A stretch of DNA of 64,000 nucleotides from an uncultured Acidimicrobiia bacterium. GTDB lineage: Bacteria; Acidobacteriota; Terriglobia; Versatilivoradales; Versatilivoraceae. A program made the translations under genes and the position numbers. Position 1 is the first letter of the stretch. Each line of letters opens with the position of its first letter. This document shows, piece by piece, positions 33,789-46,761 of the stretch. The stretch covers positions 256,001-320,000 of the forward strand of contig CAWBAT010000008.1 in assembly GCA_963786955.1 (NCBI GenBank). The letters run 5' to 3'. The notes under the pieces are model-generated. The model searched no databases. It was not told where the DNA came from and saw only the letters and a program-made list of their open reading frames with translations.

Positions 33789-34973
33789 TTATAGAACTGG
33801 TGGTTCTTCGAACCAATCGGTTCGGTCCAACGAAACTATAGGCTCGTCGTCCTTACCATCCAGCGTATCCCGCCAATGTTGGAGCTGAGCGACTTTAGCG
33901 GGGATGGCCTGTTTGGAGGCACACACACGTTGGAAGGGAGTCTGAGGCGAATCATAGATCCGTTTTAGTTTCGAGCCGACTCGAATCTTGCGTCGCAATT
34001 TCACCGAGGGGAGGAACAAGTTTTGAAACAACCGCAGGGGGTGGGAGTAGAGATCGTTGAGAGCCTCCAAGGCGGTGGGAGAATCATAACGCTGGTAGCC
34101 TAACAGGCGACGCACGTGAGTCCAGTTCTTTTGCTCGATGTGAGCATTGTCATCTTTCTTGTAAGGACGGCCACGAGTGAATTGGATCTCGAGGGCCTGA
34201 CAATAGCGATAGAGATGAGCATTGATAAATTCCGAGCCGTTGTCGGAGTCAATGCCCAGCAGTTTAAACGGTAACGCTTGACGGATGGTTTCCATGGCGC
34301 AACGAACTCCTTCTTGCCCTTTGCCTAGCACGGCACGCGTCTCGACCCAGGTGGTGTGGATGTCGGTGAGGTTCAGCGAATGACAGCAGTCGCCGGAGGC
34401 AGCGCTGCCGGCATGCGAGACCAGATCGACTTCGGTGAAGCCGGGTTGGTGAACGTCCCAGTTGTCGGTCTTGATGGGAATGTGATGCTTTAACAACGTG
34501 CCCGGTTTGGTCCGGCCGTAGATCCTTTTTTTGAGTTGGCGCTTTTTGGGGCGGAGCCGATAATCGATGGTGCGGGGACTGAGGCAGAGCAGTTGCTGTT
34601 CCAGCCGGGGCGTCAAGTGAAAACGCTTCCGAGCCCAGGGCATCCACACCGGCAGCAGCGCCTTTAGACGGACCGACCAGGGATAGCCGGCCGCTTCCCA
34701 GATGGCACTGAGCACCGAGATTACCTGAGGCCCATAGCTCGCACGCCGTTTGCGGCGCCGCGGTGGCGACGGCCTGGGCGGAGGACCGTTGAGCAAGCGA
34801 ATGGCGTATTTGCGATGGTACCCACAATTGAGGCAGAACTCGTCGAGGATTGATTGCTTCGATCTCGACGACGCGGTGGAATATCTGTGATGAATCTTTC
34901 TCAAGTATTCCCATCTTGACTGTCGACTCATGATGTAACCCCTTTCAATTAGGGTTTTATTGATAACAATCAT
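33789..34973 (-). mobile_element. Transposase with an integrase-core (rve) DDE domain, ISNCY-like; C-terminus possibly truncated
   Basis: ILDEFCLNCGYHRKYAIRLL, PGFTEVDLVSH, IDSDNGSEFIN, FTRGRPYKKDDNAHIEQKN. Likely start ATG at 34931. Confidence 0.85.
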
Positions 34974-35198
34974 GTAGAACTGACATCATATTGAACCCCC
35001 CGTTATATTGTTGGCCTTCTGGCATTGTGTTAAGCTTTCGTGATGTCGGTTAACGGAAAGAAGTTAGCCATCGTGTACTCAATCCAAAAAATTCCGGGAT
35101 CCAATTTTGCCGCGGACTAAGCCCATTGCTGAAACCTGCTCTCGGGTTCAGCAGAACCAGCCTAATTAATAGGCAGTCCCTAAACTCCAAGGAGGTGA

Positions 35199-37478
35199 AT
35201 GATGGGCGCACCCTTATCACGTCGCAACTTCTTGTGTTCCACTGCAGGGGGTATGGGCTTCGCTTGGGGCGGTGTGAATGTTCTGGGCGGCCCAAGCCTT
35301 GTTTCTGTTGGCGCTCAGAACTTGCGAGAAACTCCAGCCGGAAAAGAATTCATATACGGTGCCGCATTTTTCCGCCCACCGAATCCACCTCGAGCCCTAC
35401 GCCGGGAGATGCTGAAAACGATTGCCCAGGAGCACAAATTCAACATCATCCGCATTTATTTAGCCTGGGTCTATTGCAACCCTCAACCCGACAAGTTCAA
35501 CTTTGAAGAATTGAATGAAGTCATGAGTTATTGTGACGAATTCGGATTGAAAGTGCTCATGGGCGTCATTACCGAAGAAGCTCCCTATTGGCTGGAGCAA
35601 GCGCATCCGGAAGCCCGCTATGTGGATGCTAAAGGGAATGCTCAGCGGCTCGGGGACAGCAGTAATAATGTGAGCGGAGGATGGCCAGGAATGTGTCTGG
35701 ATTGGGAACCGGTACGCCAGGCGGCTGGCCGCTTCATCCGCGAAATGGCCAAAGTGGTGAGTCAACACCCCTCCATGTATGCCTACGATTGCTGGAACGA
35801 ACCGCACATTGAACCGGCCTGGGCACGGAATATTTGGGCTACTCCGCAAGAGAGGCTCTATTGTTACTGTGATCGAACCATTGCGGAGTTTCAACATTGG
35901 CTCGAACAGCACTACGGCACCCTCGATCAGTTGAACGAAGCCTGGGTGCGCCAATACCCGAATTGGAAGGCGATTGATCCGCCACGATTCATGTCCACTT
36001 ATTTAGACTGGCTGGATTGGCGGCGTTTCATCATTGAGCGCAGCACCGATGAAATGCGATTCCGTGCAGGTAATGTGAGAGCGGTGGATTCCAAGCATAT
36101 AGTTGAAGGCCACGCCGGCAGGAAGCATCCGCTCGACCCGGTCACCGAAGATGGCGTAAACGACTGGCGATTGGCGGAGTTGGTCGATGTCTGGGGCTTT
36201 TCTCATTTTCCTCGATGGGAAAGCTTGCCCGTCTTCTATGGGGCGGCCGTCATGGATCTGGCGCGATCCTGTTCCGGAAAAAAAGAATTCTGGATGACCG
36301 AATTACAGGGCGGTCATGGAAGCAACGGACTGTGGCGTAGTCCGCAGATGAGGGCTCAAGACATACGGCTCTGGAACTGGTTGGCGGTAGCGGCAGGCGC
36401 TAAAGGGATCATCTATTGGGCTTATCACGCTGAAGCTACGGGATCGGAAGCCACCGGATTTGGCCTGGTGGCTCGAGATGGTTCGGCAACCGAGCGGGTG
36501 CTTGAAGCGGCTGAAAATCACCGGCTCATTCAGATGTATTGGGATGTGATCCAAAGCCACCGACCCAAACCGGAGGTTGCCATTCTTGCGGATGAAGACA
36601 ACTTCATTTTGACGTATGCAATGAGTGGAACCGAAGTTCCCGCAACGGAGTCAATCCGCGGCTACTACAAGGCAATGTGGAGTAGTGATTTGTGGGTTGA
36701 TTTTATTGAGCCGAGAAGCCTGGGCAAAGCCAATTACAAAGTTCTCATTGTCCCTTGGCATCTGGTCGGAAAGAAGGAGACCTGTGAGGCTCTGGTTCGT
36801 TTTGTCGAAGCGGGCGGAACGCTCATTCTCGAGACAGCTTTTGGTATGTTTGATGAGCGCTGTTTTTACAACCCCGTCATCCCTCCATACGGGCTGGCGG
36901 AGTCTTTTGGCTACCGCGAAAAGGAAAGCTACTACGTGAATAATGGCGCCGTGACAAACCCTCTCTCTGTCCCTAAAAACCTTCCGCCATCGGACAAGGT
37001 ATACTATGAACCAGAAATCCAATTCTTGCATCCCATCACGACGAAAGTTAAGGCCCACACCTTCTTGACTCCCATTGTATTGAAGACAGCAACGCCAATG
37101 GGCAATTATGATGGGAAGACGGTGGCTGCCACAAAAAAAATAGGGAAGGGGGAGGTCTATTATTTCGGGACAAACCTGGGAGCCAGCATCGCAGGCGGTG
37201 ACAATAGAGGTATTGATTTATTGCAAGCCATCCTCGCACGGGTCGTTTCTCCGCCGGTTCGCGGCAACACGCTTCGACCCAGGCTCATTGAGGGCACTGG
37301 GCGCAGTCTGCTCGTCGTTGTCAACGACGCGGTAGAGGATCAAACCGGGACAATCCAACTTCCTTCGCAGTACCATCGGGCCAAAGACATTCATACCCAA
37401 CGTCCCGTTCAGATCGACCAACATGCCATCCGGCTCACTTTGCCCTATCAAAGCATTTCGATCTTACTGCTCGAGTAA
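35199..37478 (+). CDS. GH42-like beta-galactosidase with a Tat signal
   Basis: SRRNFL twin-arginine motif, WNEP acid/base, WMTELQ nucleophile, CYC, trimerisation-like C-terminal domain. Confidence 0.85.
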   Translation: MMGAPLSRRNFLCSTAGGMGFAWGGVNVLGGPSLVSVGAQNLRETPAGKEFIYGAAFFRPPNPPRALRREMLKTIAQEHKFNIIRIYLAWVYCNPQPDKFNFEELNEVMSYCDEFGLKVLMGVITEEAPYWLEQAHPEARYVDAKGNAQRLGDSSNNVSGGWPGMCLDWEPVRQAAGRFIREMAKVVSQHPSMYAYDCWNEPHIEPAWARNIWATPQERLYCYCDRTIAEFQHWLEQHYGTLDQLNEAWVRQYPNWKAIDPPRFMSTYLDWLDWRRFIIERSTDEMRFRAGNVRAVDSKHIVEGHAGRKHPLDPVTEDGVNDWRLAELVDVWGFSHFPRWESLPVFYGAAVMDLARSCSGKKEFWMTELQGGHGSNGLWRSPQMRAQDIRLWNWLAVAAGAKGIIYWAYHAEATGSEATGFGLVARDGSATERVLEAAENHRLIQMYWDVIQSHRPKPEVAILADEDNFILTYAMSGTEVPATESIRGYYKAMWSSDLWVDFIEPRSLGKANYKVLIVPWHLVGKKETCEALVRFVEAGGTLILETAFGMFDERCFYNPVIPPYGLAESFGYREKESYYVNNGAVTNPLSVPKNLPPSDKVYYEPEIQFLHPITTKVKAHTFLTPIVLKTATPMGNYDGKTVAATKKIGKGEVYYFGTNLGASIAGGDNRGIDLLQAILARVVSPPVRGNTLRPRLIEGTGRSLLVVVNDAVEDQTGTIQLPSQYHRAKDIHTQRPVQIDQHAIRLTLPYQSISILLLE

Positions 37479-37569
37479 TGGGGAATGAGATACGACTGAG
37501 TCTGACTTGTGGTGCAGGCGTCCCGCCTGCATCTTTTTTGAATAAGCAGGTATTGATTGGGAGGATTTC

Positions 37570-38340
37570 ATGTCTCGACGTGCCCTTTGGTTGGTGTTAT
37601 TTCTACTCTGCTTCGTCCACTTGGCTGCATTCGCCGGGGATTCTAAGCCCAGTCCGAAGCTCAAGGCTCTGCTCGTTACGGGCGGTGGATATCATGATTA
37701 CAAGAGCCTTGTGCCTCTGGTCACTGAAAAAATCAGTGAATTCGCGAATGTCGGGTGGGAAATTCAATGGGGGCCGGATGTCCTTGCCGACCCCAAGTTT
37801 GGACAGAATGCCGATGTAGTCGTCTATGACATGTGCTTTGACGAGACCATTCATCCTTCCATAGATAATGTTCTGAAGTTAACCTACGAAGGGAAGCCCA
37901 CCGTCGTCATTCATTGCGCCGTGCACAGCTTCAAGGAATCCGATGAGTGGCGCAGACTGGTCGGTGAAGTCTCTCGTGTTCACGACAAGTATCAAGCCTT
38001 TGCGGCGCAGAAGGTAGATCCCAATCATCCCGTACTGAAAAGTTTTCCTGACAATTGGCAAACGGCGGGAGATGAGCTATACCAGACCATTCAAATGGGC
38101 CCCGATTCACATAGTTTGCTCAAGGTAATCAGTCCCGCAACCGGAGCGGAGCACATCGTGTGCTGGACGAACCAATACGGGAAAGGAGTCGTTTTTGGGA
38201 CCACGCTAGGTCATAACATGACAACCGCGCAGCAGGCGGATTATCAGCGGCTTGTAGCCTATGGACTCCTTTGGGCATGTGGCAAGCTTAACGATCAGGG
38301 GAAACCATTACCAGGGTATGAGGGCGGTACAAATCACTGA
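37570..38340 (+). CDS. ThuA-like domain protein
   Basis: LLVTGGGYHDY, IHCA, DELY, WTNQYGKG.VF.TTLGH; signal peptide. Confidence 0.85.
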   Translation: MSRRALWLVLFLLCFVHLAAFAGDSKPSPKLKALLVTGGGYHDYKSLVPLVTEKISEFANVGWEIQWGPDVLADPKFGQNADVVVYDMCFDETIHPSIDNVLKLTYEGKPTVVIHCAVHSFKESDEWRRLVGEVSRVHDKYQAFAAQKVDPNHPVLKSFPDNWQTAGDELYQTIQMGPDSHSLLKVISPATGAEHIVCWTNQYGKGVVFGTTLGHNMTTAQQADYQRLVAYGLLWACGKLNDQGKPLPGYEGGTNH

Positions 38341-38485
38341 GAAGATGACGATGGTAGGGTTTGAGATGAATCGGAAAAAGAAGGTCCAACGCAACTGAGT
38401 TGGGGTAAACTACCGCTTCCTTCTGTGCCCATTCCGGGCCAAACAGAGCTCGTCTAAATTTTACTATGTGACTGGAGAATGCTTC

Positions 38486-39332
38486 ATGCGTTTTGGCATC
38501 AACACATTTCTTTTTACTTCGCCGTTTACCAATGAAAGCACGAAGTACTTTAAAAATTTCAAAGCTTGGGGTTTTGAGTCGGTCGAGATTCCTCTCGAAC
38601 ATGAATCACACATCATTCCTTCGTATATTAAATCAGAGCTCAATCGACACGGTTTGGCATGCGGGGCTATGGGATGCGCCGTTGGCCCTGGGCGAGATCT
38701 TCGGGGCACGGTGGAGGAGCAACAAGCCTGTCTGGAATACATTCACAACATGATCGACATCGCCGTTAAACTCGACTGCCCAACCTTGGTCGGCCCGATC
38801 TATTCTTCAGTGGGCAGGGCGGAATTTGTCCCTGAGAAAGAGCGAAAGGCTCAGTGGAAGCTGGTGGTGGGGCATCTGAAGAAGATTTGCCGTTATGCGG
38901 AAAAAAAAGGAAAGAAAATGGCGCTGGAGCCTCTCAATCGCTTTGAAACTGACTTCATCAACACCTGCGATCAGGGACTTCAGATGGTAAAAGATGTGGG
39001 AAGCCCGGCTCTAGGCCTGCTTTTGGATACCTTCCATATGAATATCGAGGAGAAGAATACGGCGCGGGCCCTTCTTCGGGCAGGCAAGTCGCTCGTGCAT
39101 TTTCATGCCTGCGGCTGTGATCGGGGAACACCCGGCAGCGACCATATTGACTGGAAAAGCATCTGCAGCGGCCCTCAAGAAAATTGGCTATCAACGGGAC
39201 GTCGTCATCGAGTCCTTCACCCCCGATGTCAAAATCATCGCCAGAGCGGCTGCAATCTGGCGAACCATTGAGCCCAAAAAGAACGACATTGCCATCAAAG
39301 GGGTTCGGTTTCTCAAGAACGCCTTGAAATAA
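38486..39332 (+). CDS. Sugar phosphate isomerase/epimerase (D-psicose/D-tagatose 3-epimerase-like; frameshifted)
   Basis: LEPLNRFET, LLDTFHMNIEEK, HFHAC..DRGTPG, IESF. Confidence 0.9.
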
Positions 39333-39385
39333 AGCTTTTCCAAAGTGCAGACGAGTGCTCAGTTGCATCATTCAATGGAATTGTT

Positions 39386-39475
39386 GTAGCCGGGGTCGCT
39401 GACCCCGGTCCATCTAGCCGGGACCAACGGTCCTGGCTACAGTTGGTTGTAGCCGGGCCCAATGGGGTCAGCGAC
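39386..39475. repeat. GTAG REP cluster (REPIN-like)
   Basis: GTAG-CCGGGGTC-GCT-GACCCCGG followed by TAGCCGGGACC..GGTCCTGGCTAC. Confidence 0.75.
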
Positions 39476-39537
39476 AACACCGACTTCTGCGACTTAGCGT
39501 GAGGAGGTTTTCTTGAGCGGTCAGAGAGAAATTCAAA

Positions 39538-40748
39538 TGTCTGAGCCCCCGCCTCAAATCAATCGGAATCGTCTGTATGTTGCAAGCTGTGTTTCCATGG
39601 TGACTCTGGCTTTGACGTTCACTGTTCGTGGGGACATTTTGGAAGATCTCAGCCGTCAGTTCCAGCTCAATAAAGAACAGTTAGGCTTGATTTCAGGAGC
39701 CGCGTTTTGGGGATTTGTGCTGGCGATTTTTACAGGTGGTCAGCTCTGTGATGTGTTGGGGATGGGGAGACTGATGTCATTAGCGTTTGTGGGCCATATG
39801 ATTGGAACTCTCACGATCATCCTGGCGGGAGGGTTCTGGCCACTCTGGGTAGGAACGCTGATTCTAGGTCTTGCCAACGGGTTCGTGGAAGGTGCCATCA
39901 ATCCTCTGATTTCAAGTGCGTATCCGGAGCACAAAACTGAGAAGCTCAACGCTTTGCATGCCTGGTTCCCGGGCGGCATTCTGCTCGGGGGCGTCGTGGT
40001 CTACGGACTAACGGCAATGGACGTTAGCTGGCAGGCGAAAATGGTGCTGATCCTCATCCCAACCTTAATCTACGGGCTTATGTTACGGGGCCAGCGTTTC
40101 CCGCTCACAGAGAGAGTTCAACATGGGATCCCAGTCCGGGAAATGTATAAACAGGCCCTTCGCCCTCAGTTTCTGGTTTGGGTATTTTGTATGTTCTTGA
40201 CGGCTTCCACTGAGTTGGGGCCGAACCAATGGATACCCAATATTTTGACAACTACTGCTCATCTGCCCGGAATACTGGTATTAGCTTGGATCAATGGAAT
40301 CATGACTGCAGGTCGCCTGTTTGCTGGCTCAGTTGTGAAACGGTTGTCACCCATCGCACTCTTGATTGCAGCAGCCTGCTTATCCGCCATAGGTCTGCTT
40401 GGGCTAAGCGTCTCCAGATCGCCTGCGCCTACCTTTATCACGGCGACTGTCTTTGCCATTGGTATCTGTTATTTCTGGCCGACGATGCTTGGAGTGACCT
40501 CGGAACGATTCCCGGCAGGCGGTGCTCTATTACTGGCAATTATTGGAGGCGCTGGAAATCTTTCGGTAGCGGTTGTCCTGCCAATCATGGGCCGGATTTA
40601 TGATGCGCAGGGACCGGAGGTTGTGCTCAGAGACGTCGTACTACTGCCCCTCATTCTGATTGCTGTTTTCAGCGCAATTTGGTTGCACGACCGGTCTCTA
40701 GGCGGTTACCGGATCATGAAACTTTCACCAAAAATTTCCGAAGAGTAA
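39538..40748 (+). CDS. MFS sugar transporter
   Basis: About 12 hydrophobic segments, GQLCDVLGMG, LHAWFPGGI, FWPTMLGVTSERFP. Confidence 0.9.
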
Positions 40749-40805
40749 ATCCACCTCGTCATCTGCTAGCCTTGTGCTAAGTTGCACAAATTCACGATAA
40801 CTGTT

Positions 40806-40858
40806 GTAACCGGGGTCGTGGACCCCGGCCCAGGGCCGGCCTCACCGAGGCCGGCTAC
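40806..40858. repeat. Inverted REP doublet
   Basis: GTAACCGGGGTC-GTG-GACCCCGG ... CCGGCCTC-ACC-GAGGCCGG-CTAC. Confidence 0.75.
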
Positions 40859-41068
40859 AGCAGCAACGCCGACGGCGCGAGACAAACGATTTCCATGGAT
40901 AGAGCTTTCACGAATTGCAAAGCAAGAACCGGAGTGCATCTGAGAATCAGACGGTTTAGAGTGGCGGCTGATTTGAGATTCTTGGATTGCATTTTTTGGA
41001 GTTAGACTGTGGGAGGATTGGTTATGAGAACTGGATGGATTGGTCACCGTGACACCGCGTTGGACCTT

Positions 41069-42130
41069 ATGGATTCTTTATTCACAACCGACGAGGCGAG
41101 ATGGGAGGCGGTTCGCCGACACGACCCGTCAGCCGACGGACATTTTTTTTATGCCGTGAGTACCACGGGCGTCTATTGCCGCCCATCGTGTGCATCCCGT
41201 CCGGCCCGGCGGGAGAACGTGAGCTTTCACCAGACTGCCGCTGCGGCAGAACGCGCCGGATTTCGGCCCTGCAAACGGTGTCAGCCTACCCAGCCATCTC
41301 GCGCCGAGCGTGAGGCGGTGCTGGTTACGGCTGCCTGCCGGACAATTGAATCGGCGGAAGAAATGCCCAACGCTTTCCGAATTGGCTGACCCAGGCCGGT
41401 GTCAGCCTCTATCATTTTCATCGCTTGTTTAAGCGGATCGTGGGGGTCACACCGAGGGCCTATGCCGCTGCTCACCGCCATAGCCGGGTGCAAGATCAGC
41501 TCCGTTCCGGCTTAGGAGTTACGGAGTCAATCTATGCAGCGGGCTTTAATGCGTCCTCTCGCTTTTACGAAGTGGCGCCAGAAATACTTGGCATGAAGCC
41601 GTCCGCTTATCGAAAGGGCGGCCAAGGTGAGGAGTTATGGCATGCAATTGATCACTGCTCACTGGGTTGTGTCCTGGTTGCAGCCACAGAGCGCGGGGTG
41701 TGTGCCATTCTGCTGGGAGACGATCCGGCCACTCTTCTTACTGATCTCAAGACTCGTTTCCCAAAGGGGAGACTTATCAAACCCAAAGCCGGGTTCTCCG
41801 ACTGGGTAGAAGAAGTGGTCCGGTTTGTCGATAATCCTGCCCGGGTAGAGGGGCTTCGGTTGCCTCTCGATATTCAAGGCACGGCCTTCCAGCACCGGGT
41901 GTGGGAAGTATTACGCGAGATTCCTGCCGGCAAGACGGTGAGCTATGCAGCAATCGCCAATCGTTTGGGTAAGCCCGAGCGCCGTGCGCGCTGTGGCCGG
42001 CGCCTGCGCCGCCAATACTCTGGCGGTCGCCATCCCCTGCCATCGGGTCGTGGCCTCGAACGGAAAGTTGTCCGGTTACCGCTGGGGCGTCGAACGTAAG
42101 CAGCGTCTCTTGGAACGCGAGCGAGAATGA
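41069..42130 (+). CDS. ada: Bifunctional Ada regulator / O6-methylguanine-DNA methyltransferase (frameshifted)
   Basis: TTGVYCRPSC, GFRPCKRC, AraC-type HTH, GTAFQ..VW, IPCHRV, GYRWG. Confidence 0.95.
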
Positions 42131-42647
42131 AGCGGGAAAATCGAGACCCAAGCCAACAGATGGAGCGGGTGCGTAGGACCTCTAAAAAAGACTCATTTGT
42201 CATTGTTGACTGTTCATTTCCTTTCCATTGAGAAGCTTAAATGAAAAATGGTAATTGACCACTGGCAAATAGGATCGGTACGAAGAAAACATCCCCCGGC
42301 GCCATACTGTATCCCCCCTTCCAAGGGGGACTTTTTCAATTGGAGGAGTGCAGGAGTGGGTCGTCAAAACTGGGTTGGCACTCTATCTAACAAAAGCCCA
42401 CGATGAATGGAGCAAGCACATTCATCGTGGCTACCAATACGCCTGCGACGCCGCGTCAGGAGGAGCGTGCGCGTGAGACCGCTGTCCCCCCGTGCACGCT
42501 TATTGAACGGGGGAGGAGCGATGCGTTTCACCATTGATTTCCGGCCTCGTCGAACTCGGCCCTTATAGGTACTCCAACTCAATGGTGTGGTGTTCTTGAA
42601 CCGGATCGATTATCCTATTCGAAAACTAAACAAAAAGGGGAGAGGTC

Positions 42648-43314
42648 ATGACAGAAACGTTGGCACGAATTTCCAGGACTTGGGAACTCATCCGGATCCC
42701 CGCCATGATCACGCTCGTGGTTACTGTTCTGCGGCTATTAGGCGAATTGCTGCATTGGTCGCCTTTTTGGTTCAACTCGCAGCCAGGTGGCGGAGCCGCA
42801 TTGATCGGCATTGTCTGGCTTGCACCGATCTTCGGCATCTATTTTGCATTGAAACTGAAAGGTATGGGAGAGACTCCCAAAGATGGCCGTGCAATCGGGT
42901 TCGCTTTCATTGGACTGCTGGTCATCGTGGGTGGAATGATTCTTGCTAATGCGATCTTCCACGCGGGACCTGCTTTTTATTATCACCGCCAATCTCATTG
43001 CTGCAGTGGGAGGTCTTATCCAGCTTTATGGCTGGCCAAGCCTCTCAAGAATACTTTTGGCCTATGGTTTCGCTGCACGTATACCGGTCGTCATCGTCAT
43101 GTTCTTTGCAATAAAAGGAAACTGGGGTACCCATTACGATGGCCCACCTCCGGGATTTCCGGAGATGGGGTGGTTCCCCAAATTTCTGATCATCGGGGTC
43201 CTCCCCCAGCTTCTCTTCTGGGTCACCTTTACAATGATTACCGGCGCGCTGGCTGGGGCGATCGCTGTTGCGATCGCGAGGAAACGAAATCCCGCCCTTC
43301 AGCCTGCTTCTTGA
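42648..43314 (+). CDS. Integral membrane protein (frameshifted)
   Basis: Several hydrophobic helices across ORFs 42648 and 42943; WGTHYDG motif. Confidence 0.65.
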
Positions 43315-43542
43315 CTCTTAGGCCAAGACGTTGCGGTGACGCGGGCGAGAAGGCATCTTTTTGCTGTTGCCCCAACGGATGCCATGGCGCCGAACCTTAA
43401 GACTTCACGACACCTCAATTTTCGCATAGGCATTGGCGTTTCACCGAATACTTGCAATCCTCAAGTGAGCAAACATATCCTACGTCTCCACAAAAAATTC
43501 AGCATTCTGAATCAACTCAATCCAACTAACAAGGAGAACCCC

Positions 43543-44020
43543 ATGAAAGGAAAAACCTTTCTCTCGATTCTGCTAGCACATGTCGTGGCTGGCCATTTCT
43601 TTAGATTTACGCGCGGCGAGGACACCATTGTGGCGCCTGGAAATTAAACGTCGCAAAATCAAAGTTTGATCCGGGTCCGCCGCCGAAGAGCGGGACAGTG
43701 AAATACGAGGCAACTGACGGAGGATATAAGCGGAGCAGGAGAAACCATTGAGGCCGACGGAAAGAAGACTTCGTTTCAATACACGGCCAAGTACGACGGA
43801 AAGGATTACCCGGTGACTGGATCGGAACTCTTTGATAGTATTGCGGTTAAGAAGCATTAATGACCATACCGCCGAAGCCACCCTAAAGAAAGGGGGAAAA
43901 GCGGTCCGGAGTGCGAAGCGGGAGATCTCTCATGATGGCAAGGTCATGACCATCATCATGACCGGCACGAATGAAAAAGGAGAGAAGGTCCACAACAAAG
44001 CGGTATATGACAAGCAGTAG
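43543..44020 (+). CDS. Secreted beta-barrel-like hypothetical protein (frameshifted)
   Basis: RBS AAGGAG, signal peptide, WKLNVAKSKFDPGPPPKS, YDGKDYPVTG, ISHDGKVMT...VYDKQ. Confidence 0.7.
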
Positions 44021-44061
44021 CACCTTAGTGGACACCTCAAGTTTTGCGGGGAAAGCCTGGA

Positions 44062-45047
44062 TTACCAATGGTCGTCGGTACGATGCCAAGTCTTGTCCGG
44101 GTTGTACAGTTCCATGTTCTTGGCGATATTCAAGGAGTCCGGCCCAAGATCCTTCTGGTAGACGATTCCCTCGTAACTGACGATAAAAGTTTGCACTCCT
44201 GTGACGCGATAGTCTGCCGGCACAGCGACAAGTGCAAACCCTCCAATCATGACACCCTCTACCATGAAGTTCATTTCTCCCAGCGGCGCTGCGGGGCCTT
44301 GCCCTTTCAATATCTTAAAGTAGTAGCCGTGATAGGGTTCAGACTTGCTCGTGTAACCCTCTTCCAAAGCTTTGGCGATACTTTCGCCGATCGGGCCGAC
44401 CTGGACTGCCGTCCGCATTTTCCAGCATAGGCCATCCGCTTTCCGGGCTGGCTGATGATTCGCTGCGCGTACTGGTTTATTCCACTGTTGTCGTGTACTT
44501 CCAACGCATATTCCTGCTGAGCCTCCACATAACCACGGCAGATTGCGATTGCGTCCAATTCGTTGGCTCCGATGCGCCGGTCAAGAATCTCCTGACGGCC
44601 CGCCTTGGCGTCGAAATACCACTTTCCGCTTCTCTTCACGATAGGGATCGGAAGCGGCCAGTCGTCTTTGCCTACCGAAAGGACGGCGCGATTGGGGTTT
44701 TTCGGGTCCTTCGTGATCGATGTTTGATCGTGAGCCTTAGTGGCAAACCAAGTCGCCTTCTCTTTGTCCTGTACGTGGTCCTTGGTAACTATAAAGTCTA
44801 CGTTATCCGGCCCGAAAATCTCCTCGAGCCTGGGCACATCAAATTGGGCCAATGCCTGAATCAGCGCATCGGCAGCCTGTTTTGGTGTGTCGAACGCTTC
44901 TTGCTTCTTCGGCTGTGAGGTCTCGGTAGCCTTTGGTTTTTCTTGCGGCGCCGCGTGCAGGGCAAACGCCAGAACACAGGAAAGGCCGATCCCGCAAACG
45001 GACAGGAAGATCTTCATCGGGAATAAGTTGTTTGATTTTGATTTCAT
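44062..45047 (-). CDS. DUF2950 family protein (frameshifted)
   Basis: WPLPIPIVK, RRIGANEL, YVEAQQEY, PYHGYYFKIL, GGFALVA.PA.Y..TGV.TF. Confidence 0.88.
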
Positions 45048-45068
45048 TTGTTTTCCCTTAAACATCGC

Positions 45069-46398
45069 TTATTTACCTCCGGCGACCGCCGCCGCCCCCC
45101 CGTGACCCGCCTCCTCCACCACTTCGACCTCCAGAGGACCCCATGCTCGAAGCGCCTCGTGAGCTGCTGGCGCGGGCACTGGCTCCATTTGAAGAGCCTC
45201 CAAAGGCGCTGGTATTGCGGGAACCGGAACTTTTCGGAATCTGCTGACTACCGATGCGGTCTGCGCCTCCTCCACTGCTCCCACGGTTTGCACTCATGTT
45301 GCTCGGACTCCCGCTGCCGCGATTTGCTGCGCCCACGTTGCTCGCTCCCCCACTGCCACGGTTTGCAGCCATGTTGCTCGAACTTCCGCTACCGCGGTTT
45401 TGACCAGAATTTTGCCCTGCCGCGTGGACATCGAATCCCCGCGAGCCGAGCCACCGTATTTATTTGCGGTTGCCTTGTTCGAATAGGGAGCGCCTCCGCG
45501 ATGTTGCGGATTGTGCTGCCAGTTGTTGCTCCCGCCCCGATTGACATTGTTTACGTTGTTGCGATTGACATTAGTATTTCGGTTAAAGTTATTATTGACG
45601 TTGACGTTGACGTCGTTGTGCCCCCATCCACAGCCATAGCCCCAACCCCCACCCCCCCAGGCTGCTCCGATCGCAATGCCAACGCCGAAAGAGATCGCGC
45701 TCGCGGCCACTACGGCTCCCGCCGAGTACGGTGGGTAATAGATCGGCGGATAAGGATAGATGGGCGGGCCGTAAACCACCGTCGGGTTGTACGAGGGCAC
45801 GTAAACTACCTGCGGGTTGGCCTGCTGAATCACCACGACGGTTTTACTCTCCACCGTCTTACTCTCCACCTTATCTGTTCATTGGACTTCAACTTCCCGC
45901 GTTTTTCGCCTTCACTCGCATGCGTTGCACCGCGTCCATCACATCCGCCTGCTGCGCGAGGAAGGCATTGCCAAGGTCGGTGGTCCACTTAATGTTATCT
46001 GCCATTTGTTTGACGACATCCGGGAGCGCCGCCATCGACTGAATGCTTGGGTCCCAATCCTGCTTCATCACCGCATCCGTCAGAGCTTTGTCTTTCAGAT
46101 TCTTGTTTTTCGCCAACCACTGCTGAAGCTGGACGATCTCCAGCGGATAAGTGGAAGCCACCAATACCTGGCTCAAGAGTGGATCTGGATAAAGCGCGAT
46201 CGGCGCAACCAGCGAATCCAATTGATCATTCGGAATCTTTGGCGCCTCTTGTTCAGGCGATCCGCCCGCCTGCTGCTGCGAAAACACCACTAGCTCGCCA
46301 GGCATCAGCAGGACACAAAGGAAAAGGGTCAGCCCACTTCTGATTGCTCTGCCCCAGGAGCTTGTTCCATTTAGTTCAGGGATCATAATTTTTTCCAC
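45069..46398 (-). CDS. DUF3300 domain protein (frameshifted)
   Basis: LDSLVAPIALYPDPLLSQVL, WDPSI, WTTDLGNAFLAQ, VYVPSYNPTVVYG, Gly/Ser-rich tail; the usual partner of DUF2950. Confidence 0.9.
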
Positions 46399-46761
46399 CT
46401 TCCTGTAGCATGTGACGAAAGAAGCTTCAACCCGTTACTCACATCGAAAAGATTAGAATCCTTTCACGATCGCAGCGGAAAAGCTATCACACCCCCAAAA
46501 ATCTGGCAATCCAGATTCTTTACTTTGGGCCTTGGCAAAGCATGGCCAGCGCGAAGAAAATGGTGTGGGATGCGTGAAGCGAACGCCGGGAAAAGGAGCC
46601 GAATATTTACCAGTCCCCCTCGGGGCGACCAATCCACAATTTCCCTAATTTCCTACTCACAACCGGGGAGAGGGATCAAGGGCAAGGGGCCCACAATCCG
46701 ACAAAACTCACACTTGAAAATTGGGATCGGCGGGCATAGGGAAAACGGGGTCTATAAATCA

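Noticed and set aside
33750-34990. Terminal inverted repeats of the rve transposase
   Set aside because: Only short TGTC-type matches were seen; no convincing IR pair or target duplication.
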